Shown one piece after another: positions 1 to 13,869 of a stretch of DNA of 64,000 nucleotides. Each line of letters opens with the position of its first letter. Positions within the stretch are counted from its first letter, which is position 1. The notes below the pieces were generated by a model. It saw only the letters and a program-made list of their open reading frames with translations, ran no database searches and was not told the origin of the DNA. The translations under genes and the position numbers were made by a program. The stretch spans positions 3,720,001 to 3,784,000 of the forward strand of contig OZ176050.1 of NCBI GenBank assembly GCA_964247055.1. The letters run 5' to 3'. Origin of the DNA: Paragordius varius (taxonomy: Eukaryota; Animalia; Nematomorpha).

Positions 1-1312
1 TATTAAACAGAATAGAATGGGTCTTTAGTATGGTTGGGATTTCATCAGTATATAAGTTTGATAAATAGCCAAAATAGCTAAAACAACTCGTTTATTTTAT
101 TCTATGTTTGCGCCAAATTACTTAAACAAATTTTACATTCGATTATGAGGTGGGAAACCATTTAGCATATTTTCGCATTGCAAAAAATAAAAATTGCATA
201 AGAAATTTCTATAAAAAATATAGCTCCTATATAATAATTAACATATACGTAGGTTACATCTCCGACCATGATAGTTTGAGTGACATAAACAGTATCCAAA
301 TGAATCACATACTCCATGACTACCACAAACGCTGCAATTGCATTCTGATATATCATTTAAGAATATATATGAAATCAGGAAATTTTGAAACATATATAAA
401 CCATAATCCTAATCTATATATTTAAATGGAAAATGCTGGCTTTGTGATCTGGTACCAGAAAACCAGTAGACCCATTCAAATCCAAACTTCGAAAAATATA
501 TTCATTAATGAATGCCCCGACAATAGCTTCGCCCTTTTTTTGAAATAGGCCCCCAGTTCGGGCCCACCCCGTGTGAAAAACGGGTTTTTTTGAAAACAGA
601 AGTCCACAAAAATCGTGTCTTTGAGACAATTTTCTGGAGAACGTGTTGGACCATTCAATTTCAAATATGATTTTTGTTTACTTATTTCGATTGCGCCGAA
701 CATAGTCATCTCGCTATTTTGATATAGGCCCTTTTTTACCCGCTCCCCCCGTAAAATGCCATTTTTTAAAAAAGCAAAATCCACAAAAATAATTTTTTAA
801 GTCTATTTTTCCCCCAAGTAAACAATATATTAGTATGAATGCACCGTTTTAAAATTCCTATAAAATCATATTTAAATAATGTTTCGAAATCCACATATGT
901 GGATCATTTTATTGTCCCTTATTTCAAATAGCCCCCCCAGAAGTCCGAACACGAGATTTACGCTAGTAAATTTATAAAGATTGAAGCAGAATCGGCTATG
1001 CTAAACGATAATTGTTTTGGTTTAATTATAATATAATTAGCGAAAATAGGTTCCTTATCTTATAGATGATAGATATTAATTTTTTACTTCATAATTTTGT
1101 TATTTAATATTATATTATAAAATAATAAAACTTAATTTGCAAATATAGAAGCACAATAATTTTTTTAAAAATAAAATTGGAATAATATCAACTGAAAATA
1201 AAACTTTTTTCACAATTGATTCCATAATAATTGGGTTTGCAATCACAATACCCATTCTGTTGACAGACGATAGAAGCCGAGTGGGCCGGATGACATTTGC
1301 AATCTGCATCAA
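1..1312 (-). pseudogene. Possible degraded multi-TM/GPCR-like gene fragments interrupted by a repeat
   Basis: Hydrophobic minus-strand segments: GIVIANPIIMESIVKK (1115-1312, TM1-like GxxxxN), SFSIADSASIFINLL (~965-1010, TM2 LAxAD-like) and a TM-like ORF at 162-356. Stops and frame breaks lie between them; no clean gene model. Confidence 0.22.
400..970 (+). mobile_element. Dispersed non-autonomous repeat family A, short copy
   Basis: 400-800 is the reverse complement of ~33160-33520 (shared ggcccccagttcgggcccaccccgtgt, ttgcgccgaacatag). 810-970 matches ~32340-32550. No coding capacity. Confidence 0.7.
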
Positions 1313-1971
1313 TATAATAATTAAATAAATATCGAATTCTATTCAGAAACAATTTGAAAATGTCGTTTGGTGTTGATCAATAATTTTTTTTAAATGAATA
1401 TATTTTGTCATAGTTTTTATAAAAGTATCCTGTAGGTGGTGCAGAAATCATATTATTACTATCAAAAACAAATAATGTTCAGAAGCTTTAACACCCGTAC
1501 ATGGTAATTTCGTTTTATGATTTTCTTTAAGATTTCAATAATTGATGGATTATTTTAGATTTAGGCAATACTCTTTTTTATGTTTAGCATTCTTAGGTCG
1601 TTTATTAGTAAACATACCAGCATTTACTTTTCCCGGTCGGTTAAGTAGCTGATTAATATATTTTCCAGCAATTCATACAAATTTATTACATCTTTAATCG
1701 AAGTGCACATTATCGAGAAAAATAAGTTGCTTCGATATCGATTTAGCTAACAGTTTGTTTTTACAAAATTTTGCTCGCTTAACCGTTATATTTTAAATTA
1801 ACAGTTGTAGTTCTTATTAATTAAAGTCATTTCAGAAAAAATGGAAAGAAAATCGTTATGAGGCGAATTGGTTTAGCTGGCAGATATTTCCAAAAAAATA
1901 TTTTTAAAAGAAAAGGGTTTTCATATCAGTATAAATCATTTGCAATTTAATAAATAATGACTCAATATCAT

Positions 1972-1973
<2 letters not shown>

Positions 1974-2006
<33 letters not shown>
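1974..2006. repeat. (TA)n microsatellite
   Basis: Uninterrupted TA dinucleotide run. Confidence 0.95.
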
Positions 2007-2012
<6 letters not shown>

Positions 2013-2399
2013 CTTATTTATAAGCAAAATATATTAGAATATACCTTTTACCTAACACTATAAAGTGTAATAAGTTCTCCAATAATTATTTCATTCATAT
2101 AAAAATTTAGTAAGGTAACAGGTGTATAGATTTTGATGTGGAAAATAAAATTTCATACAACTCAATAGAGAACCTTTTTCTAAATTAATTTCTAAACATA
2201 GAAACTAAATCCGTCTTTTGTTTCAAACCTGATAATTTCCTTGTCTATAGCAATTCAATTAGAACTTTATTTCATTCTTACCGTTAGGGGATATCACGAG
2301 TGTGATCTTTCACTACCTTACATATTCATTACGTATGCAACGTGTAAACCAAAGATGGCTACTATTTCACGACTTTAATAGCTGTTTCTAAAACCTTTA

Positions 2400-3000
2400 A
2401 AGATTTTGGGAATTCTTTTACTGATTAAGATCTATCATACCAGTTTTTAGGGATGCGTATATGCGAAACTCATAATATCAAAATGTGAAAACGGACGTGT
2501 GTAAAATTATGTTTTCCTTTTGGCCGCTACTTACTCAATCTTGGGTCGCATTTAACATATTAGGCCCCTTTACGGATATATATCAGTATTTATGGGTATG
2601 CTAACGATCCTTCTCTATATTAAATTTAGTGAGCTAAAATGTGTGCGTACAATGAATGTTTAAAATAAACTACCTTTGTCACATTTTTTTCCGTGAAAAG
2701 CAGGAAGGCAAATGCATTTACCAAGGGAATCACACCACGATCCATTGCTATATCTGCAATTGCAACCTTAACCAAAACATGTATTGTTAAAAAGGTTGTT
2801 AGCTTTATCAATAAATAATATTTTAACGAATTTTTAAGCTCTGCTATAGATGCAATATAACCTAAATCTCTCTTTTATTATAAAAATTAGGTGCAAAGAT
2901 AATATATATATATACTAATTAATAATTAACATATTTTCGCTAATATTTACCAACGGTATACTTTAACAAAAGTAGCAAAACTATATTTTTTGGTATTTGC
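2400..3000 (-). pseudogene. Probable class A GPCR pseudogene fragment
   Basis: ORF 2626-2811 contains VAIADIAMDRGVIP (LAxxD followed by Pro nine residues later, as in TM2 D2.50...P2.59). Flanking segments are hydrophobic but broken by stops. Confidence 0.3.
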
Positions 3001-3419
3001 CTAATTTTAGTGGTTTGTATTACTGTTTTATATTTTATCACTAATTTATAGGGTTGTCATGGGGTCAATATTATGATTTAATGCTGAAGATTATGAAAAG
3101 GTTTTGTGAGGTCTCAGCATTTTAAAACTTTTATAATAAACTTAATATTTTTGATAAATGGTTTGGAGGTAATTAGAATATTTAAAATGCATTTTGGAAA
3201 AATTCATGAGTTTGAGGATATTGCAATTAATTGGAACATCACCAACTGTGTATTATAATCTTAGCTAAAATCTACAATAGCTTTAATACTTCATTACCTT
3301 TTCACTTGTCTTAGTTTACCTTTTGGAGTAGCTTTATATCCTGGGGCTCAATTTTAGAAATAAATTACATTTCAGTTAAAATTATTAAAAAATGTCCTCA
3401 TGTATTAAATAAACTTATA

Positions 3420-3730
3420 TATTTTACAGTTTTGTGACTACTAGAGTCTAAAATTGGGACAGCTCCAAAATACGATTGACAGCTGATATTAAAATCAAAA
3501 TATTTCAAATTGCCGGTAAAATATAGCCTGAAAACTTTTAGAAATAATTATTTAAATTTTCTAACCATAATCATTTATTTGCCTATTAAATTAGCGATTT
3601 AAAAAATATATAAAAAAAATGTCGGCAAAAAAGTTTGAGATGAGGATTTATGCACAATTTTGCCTATTTTTAAATTCGGCCTAATACCTTAAATACTTTA
3701 GATAATCAAATTTCAAATCTAAGATATAAA
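3420..3730 (-). repeat. Dispersed repeat family C copy
   Basis: Reverse complement of ~50060-50400, ~47860-48140 and ~47300-47660 (shared gctgtcccaattt, gtatttaaggtattagg, aaataaatgtatattatgg). Confidence 0.6.
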
Positions 3731-3791
3731 ACTATTCTAAAAGATAATGGAGCGTTCAAAATGGTTAAATACGCAGTTGCATGATATAATA

Positions 3792-3987
3792 CAGCCTGAG
3801 AACGTATACGTTGCTAGAAAGTTATTAATTATTATTGCCAAATAGCATATACAACAAAGGGCAGTATTATTGGCCCATAGTTATTTTTTTCACTTTTTAC
3901 TATTATTAGCCAATAATAATTCTCTTTGCAGCACATGCTATTTGGCAATAACTAATTACTTTCTAACATATACTTACTCATATACTG
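3792..3987. mobile_element. Tc1/mariner-like MITE (near-complete hairpin)
   Basis: TA|CAG...CTG|TA ends. ~90-bp imperfect inverted arms (tagaaagttattaattattattgccaaatagcat vs atgctatttggcaataactaattactttcta). Confidence 0.65.
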
Positions 3988-4339
3988 TAATTTGAAATGA
4001 ACTTTATCGTGGTAACCACATTTTTCTTTCCTACCGAAACCAACAAACTTTTAATTATGTCTGAATCGAATTACTTTATACTAATTTGTAAATTACTGTT
4101 TTAGCCGCACATTTAACTTAATTAATGGTATTTTCGATGGTTATTTTTGAAAGCGATTACAGTCATTGCACAACTGTGATTTTAGGGCTTTAAAATAATA
4201 TTTGATGATTTTTTATGTGTTGTTTTTTATGGAAACTACCATAACTTTTTTTTAATAATATAGATTAATTAGAGATTTATTGTTTGACCTTAATATTTTT
4301 TAAGCAAATATTTATGTTTGTACCTCATAAACTTTTTAA

Positions 4340-4795
4340 CACTTCGATTTAAATTGGGGTATCTTAAACAAAATTTCGTTTTGAAAAAAAAATCCATGTC
4401 AAACTACTTAAACGTCATTTTTATTTTGCAAATTTTTTGAAAAATATCGTCTTCATTTAATTTTAAGGGTTAATGCTAATTTTTATAAAATTCACATCTA
4501 TCATTGATAATATAGAAGTTGTTTATTTTGTATTATTTTTCAATTTTACCATTGCACACATGTCACGTTGACGAAATTTTTACCTTTTGGTTTTAGCTTA
4601 AAATAAGTAATATCACGTATTTTTGAATAAATTTTTTTATATATTTCGGTTTATTAATATTATTTAAGTGCAAAATTTTGCCATGGTTTCAATTCCTTTC
4701 ATATTTTTTAAAGAAATTAGTTTTAAACAGGCCTGGTGTATCCAACTAGCCTAATTTGAATCGAAGGACTGAAATGAATGTGTTGTATCCAAGTG
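4340..4795. mobile_element. piggyBac-like MITE, copy 1
   Basis: TTAA at 4336-4339 and 4796-4799 flank CACTT...AAGTG. Subterminal inverted repeat ttcgatttaaattgg / ctaatttgaatcgaa. Collinear with 7077-7651. Confidence 0.75.
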
Positions 4796-7076
4796 TTAAA
4801 GGAAAGTCAATTTATGTCATTTATTTTCCCCAAATAAATGAGTTGATATAAAAGTAAATCGAATTATCTAATAAAATTTACAATAATTTACCATTATGAC
4901 ATAAAAACTAGTTTTTAAACATAAAAATATGATTTTATAAAATAATTTAGAGATCATAAAATAAAAAAATTACTTAGTTCACAAAATTTTCCATAGTATC
5001 CGGTTGCGCAAACACACTTGTTCTGAAAGTCGTATCCAAAACTGTTTATTTGACTGCAGCCTAATTATTTTATATTACATCATATATAAACAATTGGCGG
5101 CCTCAAACCGATATAGGGCCCTTGAAACTATAATTGTTCTATTTTTCCAATTTAAAATAATTTATGCTACCTAGGAAAAGGGCAAAATAAATCAAATTTT
5201 ATAATCATTTGGTATATAGTGATAAATTAATACATATAATAATGTGTGTATCCTTGGCTTAAAAATACCTGGATTTCCAGATATCCCAGCAATAGTCATT
5301 ATATGTACAATGAGCCAAATATATGTTCCCATAATTATTTATAATGGTATAAATATGAAATGATTAGCCTAAGGTATTTGACTCTTAAACCTTCAAGCAT
5401 TGCATTTTTAATACCATTCACTAATAATATTGAGCATATTTTTAATGTGATAATATTTATAGTACATATTTTTAAATTCATTTTGATGTTTATCTTGCAA
5501 AACATTCAAAATGCAGCAGTTTGTGATGACCCTAATGGCGGAGACATGGCTTGATATCGGAATCAGGAATCTTTTTTGAGATGAATAAATTAGTTTATAA
5601 TTATGCATATATTATAATATTAATATAATTCTACGATCAATAAAATAAAAAAAATAATTAAATTTTAATTTTATAATTATTTTTGGCTTGCTCATTACGA
5701 GCGGTCCAAAATACCCACAAAGTTTTTAAATTAACAAAGATAAATTGAAAATTATCACACAGTTTTAACATAAAGTGCATGATAATAAGCATGAACCAAT
5801 TATTATTTAGCGGCTGTTTTTTTGAAAATTTACCTAATGAATTATAATGCTTCAAATTTTGGGGACTTTTGGAACTTTATTAAAAGGTGTAAAAGAACAA
5901 TAGGTATATTTGTATCTAATTATCAATTAACATTTTTTGTTTGCAATGATCACCCTTTTGTTAAATTGGTTAAATTGGTTTCCTCGATTTATAATAAAAA
6001 TGTCGGAAAAGTTAATGGCTTTAAATAATTTTTTGTTTGATGTATTGTTTAAAATTGAAAATAACTATAATTATTTTTAAATACACTAGTGCGTTTTTTT
6101 GCTAATTAGCCACCCATGCATTCATTTTAAAAACAAGAAAATGCATCGGAAGATATGGTCCTATGTTTAGACATAAGCATTCCATTTCTGGGTCAGCCCT
6201 AACGAGAGGTGGCGAATGATGGATTTTGCTTTGAACATTTAAGTATAATTAAATAGAGGTGTAAATGTGCCATTTATCCAAATAATACGATATTAAGCGG
6301 ATATATTAATCATATCCGTTCGAACAACGTAACAGTATGGTTTCCCGTATCGTAGATAGAATATTATTTGGATTAAATTTAGTTTCTACGATTTATTTGT
6401 CATTGGTTAGCAGCTAACTAGCCTAAAATTTTTTCGTTTTTGTCACTTCGCTGCGACAGGGGGCGGGGTAAATTTTAAAAAAATTTATTATGATTAAATT
6501 GTTATCCATTGTCAATATAATTACACTAACAACAAATTTTGATCTTTTTTAAGTGCCATTTTTGTAAATTTAAAATTTATTTTATTAAACTACGTAAATA
6601 TTATAACTAAAAAAATGGTTTAACGCCTAAGAATTATTTTATTATGGTGTATCGATTTTTGGCCCCAATTTAATAGTTAATTGGAAATTTTAAAAATATA
6701 AAGTTTTGAATATATATCCTATTTTAACAATTGAAAAAACGCACAAGACTGAATCTTTCGAATGGTGGTTAGACATTTAAATCAATCTGATGTAATATTT
6801 GGCTTTATATGGTCAAATTTAACGCATAAATTAGCAAAATTTAGACGTACTAATTTAAATATTATATTAATTATTTAATAAGGATAAATTAGTATAAAAG
6901 TTAAAAAATTTGAAAAAACCTATGGTTTCTGTTTTAATAAAAACATATTAAAATATATTTTACCTAGTGGAGCATAATTATAACTGTAAATTTATTATTT
7001 AAATTTTTTTCTAATCTTTGAGATGAAATAATTATTAGCATTTAAAGATAATAATTTATATTAAAGGTAATTTTAA

Positions 7077-7651
7077 CACTTCGATTCTAATTGGGGTATT
7101 TAAATACCCCAGACTAAATTTGAGGTTCGGATTTTTAAAAAACTACTGAAGGAAACGGTCCCAATATAAATTTATGCTTCTATCCTAATAAAAATTATAA
7201 AAATATGCCAAAATATCTAAATAAAATTTTGTTTTGAAAAAAAAGTTCCATGTCAAACTACTTGGCCGCCATTTTTATTTTACAAATAATTTGCAAAATA
7301 TCGTGCTTATTTAATTTTAACGTTAGAATTTAAGCTAATTTTTTATTTAAATTACATCTAACATTAATAGATATAGAAAAAGCTGTTTATTTTGAATTAT
7401 TTTTCAATTTTACCATTGCACGCATATCACGTTGACTAAATTTTTACCTTTCGGTTTTAGCTTAAAAAGTAATATCAAGTATTTTTGAATAAAAATTTTT
7501 ATATATTTGGGTTTATTTATATAAGTGCAGATTTTGCCATGGTTTCGATTCATTCCATATTTTTTAAAAAATTTAATTATTAACAGGCCTGGGGTATTTA
7601 ACTACTCCAATTTGAATCGAAGGACTAAAGTGAATGTGTTGTATCCATGTG
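7077..7651. mobile_element. piggyBac-like MITE, copy 2
   Basis: TTAA at 7073-7076 and 7652-7655. Left cacttcgattctaattggggtatttaaatacccc is inverted against right ggggtatttaactactccaatttgaatcgaagg. ~120 bp longer than copy 1. Confidence 0.75.
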
Positions 7652-8158
7652 TTAATAAAATAAAAATCAAAAATGGCTGCTTTGAATGAGATAGAAGGAT
7701 AAGTGTTTTGATCAAAAATTTTTAGGCATTATTGCCATCTAAACAAAGTTTGAGCTATTTTCAATTATAAGTGTTAAAAATATATTTATTGACAAAAACT
7801 CTCTTGCTTCGCGGGTTTGTGGCTTCCTATTTCGAATATTAACTATCGATGTAAAACATATTCTGCAATTTATAGAGTTATCATTACTTTTTCTAATGAT
7901 ACATGACAAATAGACATTTGTTGTATATTTAAAAGAAAAATATTTTTAGTATAATTTTAATAAAGAGGGCGTATAAATAAATCAAATTATAAATAATTCT
8001 TATGTAGAATCATTTAATTCATATTTACTGATAAATGATAGAAAATTTTGGGCAGAAATATTTGTTGTTTAAATTTTATGATTTTCAGTGGCTTATTAAT
8101 TTCATTTTGCGCTTAGTGCTTGTGAAAAGGCGCCGTACTTTCTAAATTGATACTTTTT

Positions 8159-11100
8159 TATTATTATTATTATTACATTACATGTTTTCACTCGTAAGAG
8201 CGGTCATGTTATACAACCTGTCTCGCCATAAAACTCTATCTATGGCGTCCTCTGCATTAAGCTCGCATTCTGCTAGCTCTCTTTTTACTGTATCTATCCA
8301 TTTTGTTTTAGGTCGCCCACGTCCTCGTTTTCCCTCAACTATATAACCATCTATTATTTATAATTAGAATCTCTCCTTTCAATGTGCCCGAACCAACGTA
8401 GCCTATTTTTTGACATTCTTTTCCACTATTGGTTTAATATCTGTGCTCCCACGAATAAATCTATTCTCGATTCTGTCCTTTCTAGTTACCCCACACATCA
8501 TTCTGAGCATTTTCATTTCAGTCACGTTAAATTGTCTTTCTTCGGATTTTTTGACACCTCATGTCTGTGAATTATACATCATTGAGGGCTGGACAACTGA
8601 ACTGTAAATCTTACCTTTCACTCTAACATCAATATTTCGATCGCATAAAACGCTCGAAATTTTCTAATTTACCCAGCTGCTCTTTATTCTTAAATTAATA
8701 TCGTCAGTTAACGAACCATCTGCACTTAACATAGCTCCCAGATATTTGCAACTTTCTTTACCCTTCAGAACCCAACTATCGTCAACTACCATTTCATGTT
8801 GTGGACCCCCAAAAGTAATAAGTTCGGTTTTTGCTTTGTTTACTTTCAGACCATATTGATCCAGCATAACACCCCATCTGTTTACCGTTCGCTTTAACTC
8901 AATTAATGAATCAGACAAGATGATTATGTCATCTGCATACATTAAATACCATCCTGACTCACATTAACAACCTTGGCTACCTCGTCCATACAAATTATAA
9001 ACAATAAGGGGCTGAGTGATGAGCCTTGGTAGACTCCATGCTTTATTGAAAAGGGCTCTGATAAACCTTGTGGATTTTTAATCCTGGAGGTGTGTGATTC
9101 GTACATTATTTGTAACAACTTAATATAACTTTCTGGCACCTTTTTACGACGGAGACTCCACCAAATAGTTTCTCTAGGAATCCTGTCAAACGCCTTCTCT
9201 ATATCAATCAAAACCCCGTGTAATTCTTTCTTTTTTTTCAATGTGTTTTTCAATCAACCTCCTAACCGCATGTATAGGATCTATTGTTGACTTTCCTGGC
9301 ATGAAACCAAATTGATATCCTTCTATAGATATCATTTTCCTGATTCGCTTTTCAATTATTTATTCAAACAATTTCATAGTGTGCGACATAAGTTTTATCC
9401 CTCTATAGTTACTACATTCATTTATATCACCTTTTCCTTTAAATAAAGGCACAGTTAAACTTTCCTTCCATTCAACCGGGATTTCATACGTTGAAACAAC
9501 TTTATTAAATACACGCTCCAAAAAATTTAATCCAGAATTTCCAAGCACTTTCCAACAATTTATATTTATGTCGTCCGATCCTACAGCTTTGTTGTTTGGC
9601 ATTTCTAACAAATTAGATTCTACTTCCTTTTGTGTAATTGCTTCTATTGGTCTATCAGTAGCTTCAACTGTATTTGGCAAAAATATCTCGCCTACCCCTT
9701 CATTTAAACTCACAAAGTACTCTTTCCATCTTTTTAATATTTCTACATTTTCGCACAGCAAGCTTCCATCTTTTCCTTTTATTGCAGTCGCATAACCTGG
9801 CAAATCCATCCTGCGTTTATTCCTTTGCTGCGCAACTTTATACACTTTGTTTAAACCTTGCTTACTATTTAACTCATTATAAAATAAATTCATTTTTTCT
9901 TTCTTAACCTGGCCGACTAATTTTTTCAATTCCTTATTTAAATTTTTACACTTATCTCTATCATCATCATTCCTTGTATGTCTCCATTTGTCAAAAGCCT
10001 TACCTTTTTCTCGTGACATCAATATTATTCTTTCATCGTAAAGCCAAGCCTCTCTGTATATTTGAGATTTTCCGCCTTTTAATCCACAAACTAGAGTTCC
10101 TGCCTTTTTGATTAACTGACTTACTTTATCCCAATCACCATTTAACCCACCATCCTCGGATAACCGTATTTCTTTTATAAAAGCCTGCCTTTTTTCGGAA
10201 AATTTCTCCCACTTAATACTTTTTAATCTTTGAATAAGAACCACTTTGTTTAGACTTTTCTTTCACGAAAAATTTACAAATAAGTAAATTATGTTGCGAA
10301 CTAACCTCTAAGTTTGGCACGACCTTACAATCTATTACAAGCTTCAATAAGTCTCTTGGAACAAGTATAAAATCTATTTGAGATTTGTTAATGCCGCTCT
10401 TAAAAGTTACTAGATGACTCTCTCTTTTTTCGAAAAACGTGTTCGCTATCGCCAAATTGTGAGATTGTGCAAATCTGAGCAAATTAATTCCTTCCTCGTT
10501 TCTTTTTCCATAAGAATGTCCCCCGTGCCATATTTCAAATTCCCTTTTTGAACCAAGATGACCATTAAAATCCCCACATAAAAACTTGACTCTGAGCTGA
10601 GGGAGAGCGACTATTTTTTCATCTAGAGTCTCGTAAAATTGCTCCTTTTCTAGTTTCGGTAAACCTATTTGCGGGGCATATATACTAAATACCGTTATGA
10701 CCTCGTTACCTACCAAAATATCTAAATTCATGATTCGGCTGTTATAGCGTCTTACTTCTTTAACCTGATTGAACAATTTGGGATTAATGATAATTGCCAC
10801 TCCATTTCGTCCGCCACTTTCACCTGAGTAATATAGTCGATAATTCTCTTCCAAAGTCCTTGCTCCGTTTCCGCGGTAACGAGTCTCTTGTAATGCCAAA
10901 ATATAAATATGTTTAACTTTCATTATTCCTACAATATCATTTAACTTACTTTTCAATGAACCAACATTTAAACTAGCAAAATACATGTATCCCGTATTCC
11001 TTTGGATTCTCTTTGTATTATTGGCCACAACACCAAAACCGCGGCTGGCCAGGCCTGACCGGCTATTACTATACACATCAATATTCATTTGACAGCTTTA

Positions 11101-11533
11101 AACAAACAAAATAAAAATAAGAAAATTGAAGTGTCGAACTAATTATGACAAATTAATGTTAAAAAAAAACCTAGGCTATAGGTAAAAACGGAAATTATAT
11201 TTCGCAATAAAAAATTTAAAGCAAAATTTATGTATAAAACAATATAAATCAAGGGTCATTTTATGTGTCATAGTAAAAAAATAAATAAATAGTGCTACAA
11301 TACTTATCCAAGAATACAATCTATATATTTAAGAGAATATTAATAGGCAAATTATAGGAAAAGGCCAACGGTAAGTCCTACGTCCAAAAACAAAAATGGG
11401 AATAGGTATGTTATAACAAAATTTAAAGTATAGGATAAGTGATAAAAGATAAAACTTTGAAGATAAATAGATATAATAAATAAGAATTTAGAATTTTTCG
11501 TTTGTATAGTGGTCGAACGCGCGCGCGTAACAA
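8159..11533 (-). mobile_element. Full-length RTE-clade non-LTR retrotransposon, inactivated
   Basis: 17-bp TSD ctaaattgatacttttt at 8142-8158 and 11534-11550. (TAA)n 3' tail. Single APE+RT reading frame, ~3.4 kb total. Confidence 0.95.
8178..11088 (-). pseudogene. RTE APE-endonuclease/reverse transcriptase ORF with stops and frameshifts
   Basis: APE motifs LNVGSL, ALQETR, GDFNGH, SQIDFIL, SQHNLL. RT motifs NYRGIKL, QFGFMPGKST, DIEKAFDR, GVYQGSSLSP, YADDII, KYLG. C-terminus EGKRGRGRPKTKW. Frameshifts near 10244, 9250 and 8942; premature stops at 9360 and 8664. Confidence 0.93.
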
Positions 11534-11799
11534 CTAAATTGATACTTTTTACATATGCAATATCAGTTCCTTAATAGTGTTTCATTTACCCCCATTGATT
11601 AAATTATATGTATCATTTCTTTGTGGGAAATTTGAAAAAAATGAGTTTAAAGTCATTTCTGAAACATATGCACAAAGTTCATAAACAGCTGGCTATATTT
11701 TTTTGTCTATTTTAAGGCAAAATTTTTATCAATAAGAAACTGAAAATGATAAAAAACATACCATTTTATAAACCCAAAACTATCCTTTAATATTTCTGA

Positions 11800-12930
11800 T
11801 TAGTGTGTTTAAAAAAACGACCTGTTAAAATATATATATTCTGACAGGAAAATCCATCTGGATTATTGTGCTTTTGGTTTTGGCTTTTACGAGTGATATA
11901 AGAAAGTTATCATTTGTATGGTAAGCGCTCCTTATCAGAAAATTACAAAATATGAGTACATTTCTGTAATAAGATTTTTTGGTGAATGCTTCATTCCAAA
12001 AAATATTACTAAAATAAATCAAAAACTGGCTATTTAAAAGCAAAACAATATTTTTAAAATATTTTAATTTTAAATGTGGAATCCGAACCCGTTCGCGCTT
12101 GTTTTTTTTAAAAAAAAACGAAAAACTGCCGGAATTGAACGATAACATTTTAAAATATAAGCTACTTTTAACATATAAAAAAATATTTCAAAAAATGCAT
12201 AATTTTAATAAACAATTAATTTTTAGTAAAACATTGTTGAAGTGTACTTGATATTTTTAGGCATGATGGAAACGTTATAAAAACTCTAGGTATTATAAAA
12301 ACACTTGTTCTATATAATTTGGTGATGCTGAACATTCTATCCTCAGAATTATTATATATTTCTTTCTTAAATTAATGTTTAATATAATTTGGTTTTTTTA
12401 TAAAAAATCATCAATTGATAATTAACCTTTAAAATTCGGAAGCGATAGAAAAGTTTAGCATCATCGAATTATATAAAAAAGTGTAATTTTAATATCAAAA
12501 AGTGATTTTATACCGTTTCCATCATGCCTAAAAATAGTATGAGGTATGCTTCAATATAATTTTGCCTAAATTAAATTTTTATTTAAATTAGCCATTAAAA
12601 ATACTTTTATATGTCAAAATTTAGCATATATTAAAAAAAATTTCATATTGCGCATTTTTAATTATATTTGAAAAAACTAGAGGGAAAAATTTGGGACTTT
12701 TGGACATCATTAAAAATTAAAAAAATTAAAAATTGTAAATAGGTAGTTTATGATATATTTTGGTGATATTTTTTGGAATGAAGCTTTAGGTTTCATCAAA
12801 AAAATTTATTACAAAAAATGCTCATATTTGCCATTTTCTGATATGGAGGACTTACCTTACCATAAAAGTATATATAACTTATCTCAAGGGCTAAAACCAA
12901 AAAAATATATATTTCAACAGGTTTTTTATA
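11800..12930. mobile_element. ~1.1-kb foldback (long imperfect palindrome), family 1
   Basis: Left arm 11810-12300 is the reverse complement of 12480-12930 (gcatgatggaaacgttataaaa / ttttataccgtttccatcatgcc; cttcattccaaaaaatatt / atattttttggaatgaag). Related pieces at ~26550-27100 and ~48340-48610. Confidence 0.75.
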
Positions 12931-13869
12931 CCCACCAATGGACAAAATGTTAGCTAAAAACGGTGGTCCTAACGTTAGATTATAGAAACAAAAATTAATA
13001 AGTACAATAAATTAATTTATTCATACCTAACTACACTTCATTTCATTAATAAACCCTTAAAAATTTGCAATCAGACTTTCAGTTTCAATAAACACTCTTC
13101 GATATTCAAATTTTTGAACGCAAAAAATTAAGGATTAATAATTTTTAAATATTTTGATTTCTTGGGCTTTCAGAAAGATAGATATATTAATTAAATGCCT
13201 AAAAGAATATTTTAGATTCATTGCAATATAATATTTGATTTTTATAACATCAGATAAAAATCACTTTAAAATTTAACTATCATTACCATAACCAAAAATT
13301 ATATCTTTTATTAAAATTTTAAGGTCGCTATATACACTCTAAACACAATACCTAAAGTAAATCAATAACAAAATTATATAGTTGTTTAACCTCTGGCTTC
13401 ATTATAAAAAAATAAAAATATAATTATTTAAATTTGCAAGTTAAAATCGGCGCTCATTTGTTATTGTCTTTGACCATCCTACCTCCATTACAAAATTTAA
13501 TTTCTGGGTATTTAACCAAAATTCTGAAACTATATAACGTATATCGCGTGATGGGCCTTATATCCACAATTATATCAGCTATGTATAAGGTGACCAGACG
13601 TCCCGCTTTTGGCGGGACAGTCCCGCTTTTTCACACTTTGTCCTGCGTCCCGCTACGTTTTTAAAATGTCCCGCTTTTTCACGATTATATAAAAAAAATT
13701 TTTAAATACAAATAAATTTTTTTTATCCGTTTAAATTTTTTATCATTAAATATCTTTAAAATCTATATATTTAAATTAAATTTTTTTATTTTTAAATTAA
13801 AAATATTTATTTTTTTTCGAATTTATATCATATGATTATACACTTTGCTTCCTATTACTACTATCATCA

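Noticed and set aside
414-784. ORFs 414-629 and 476-784 (and 33227-33496, 33243-33443)
   Set aside because: They lie within repeat family A copies in different frames and strands, with no transposase motifs.
5480-5580. LMAETWL fragment resembling a LINE APE motif
   Set aside because: A single short motif with no supporting flanking motifs.
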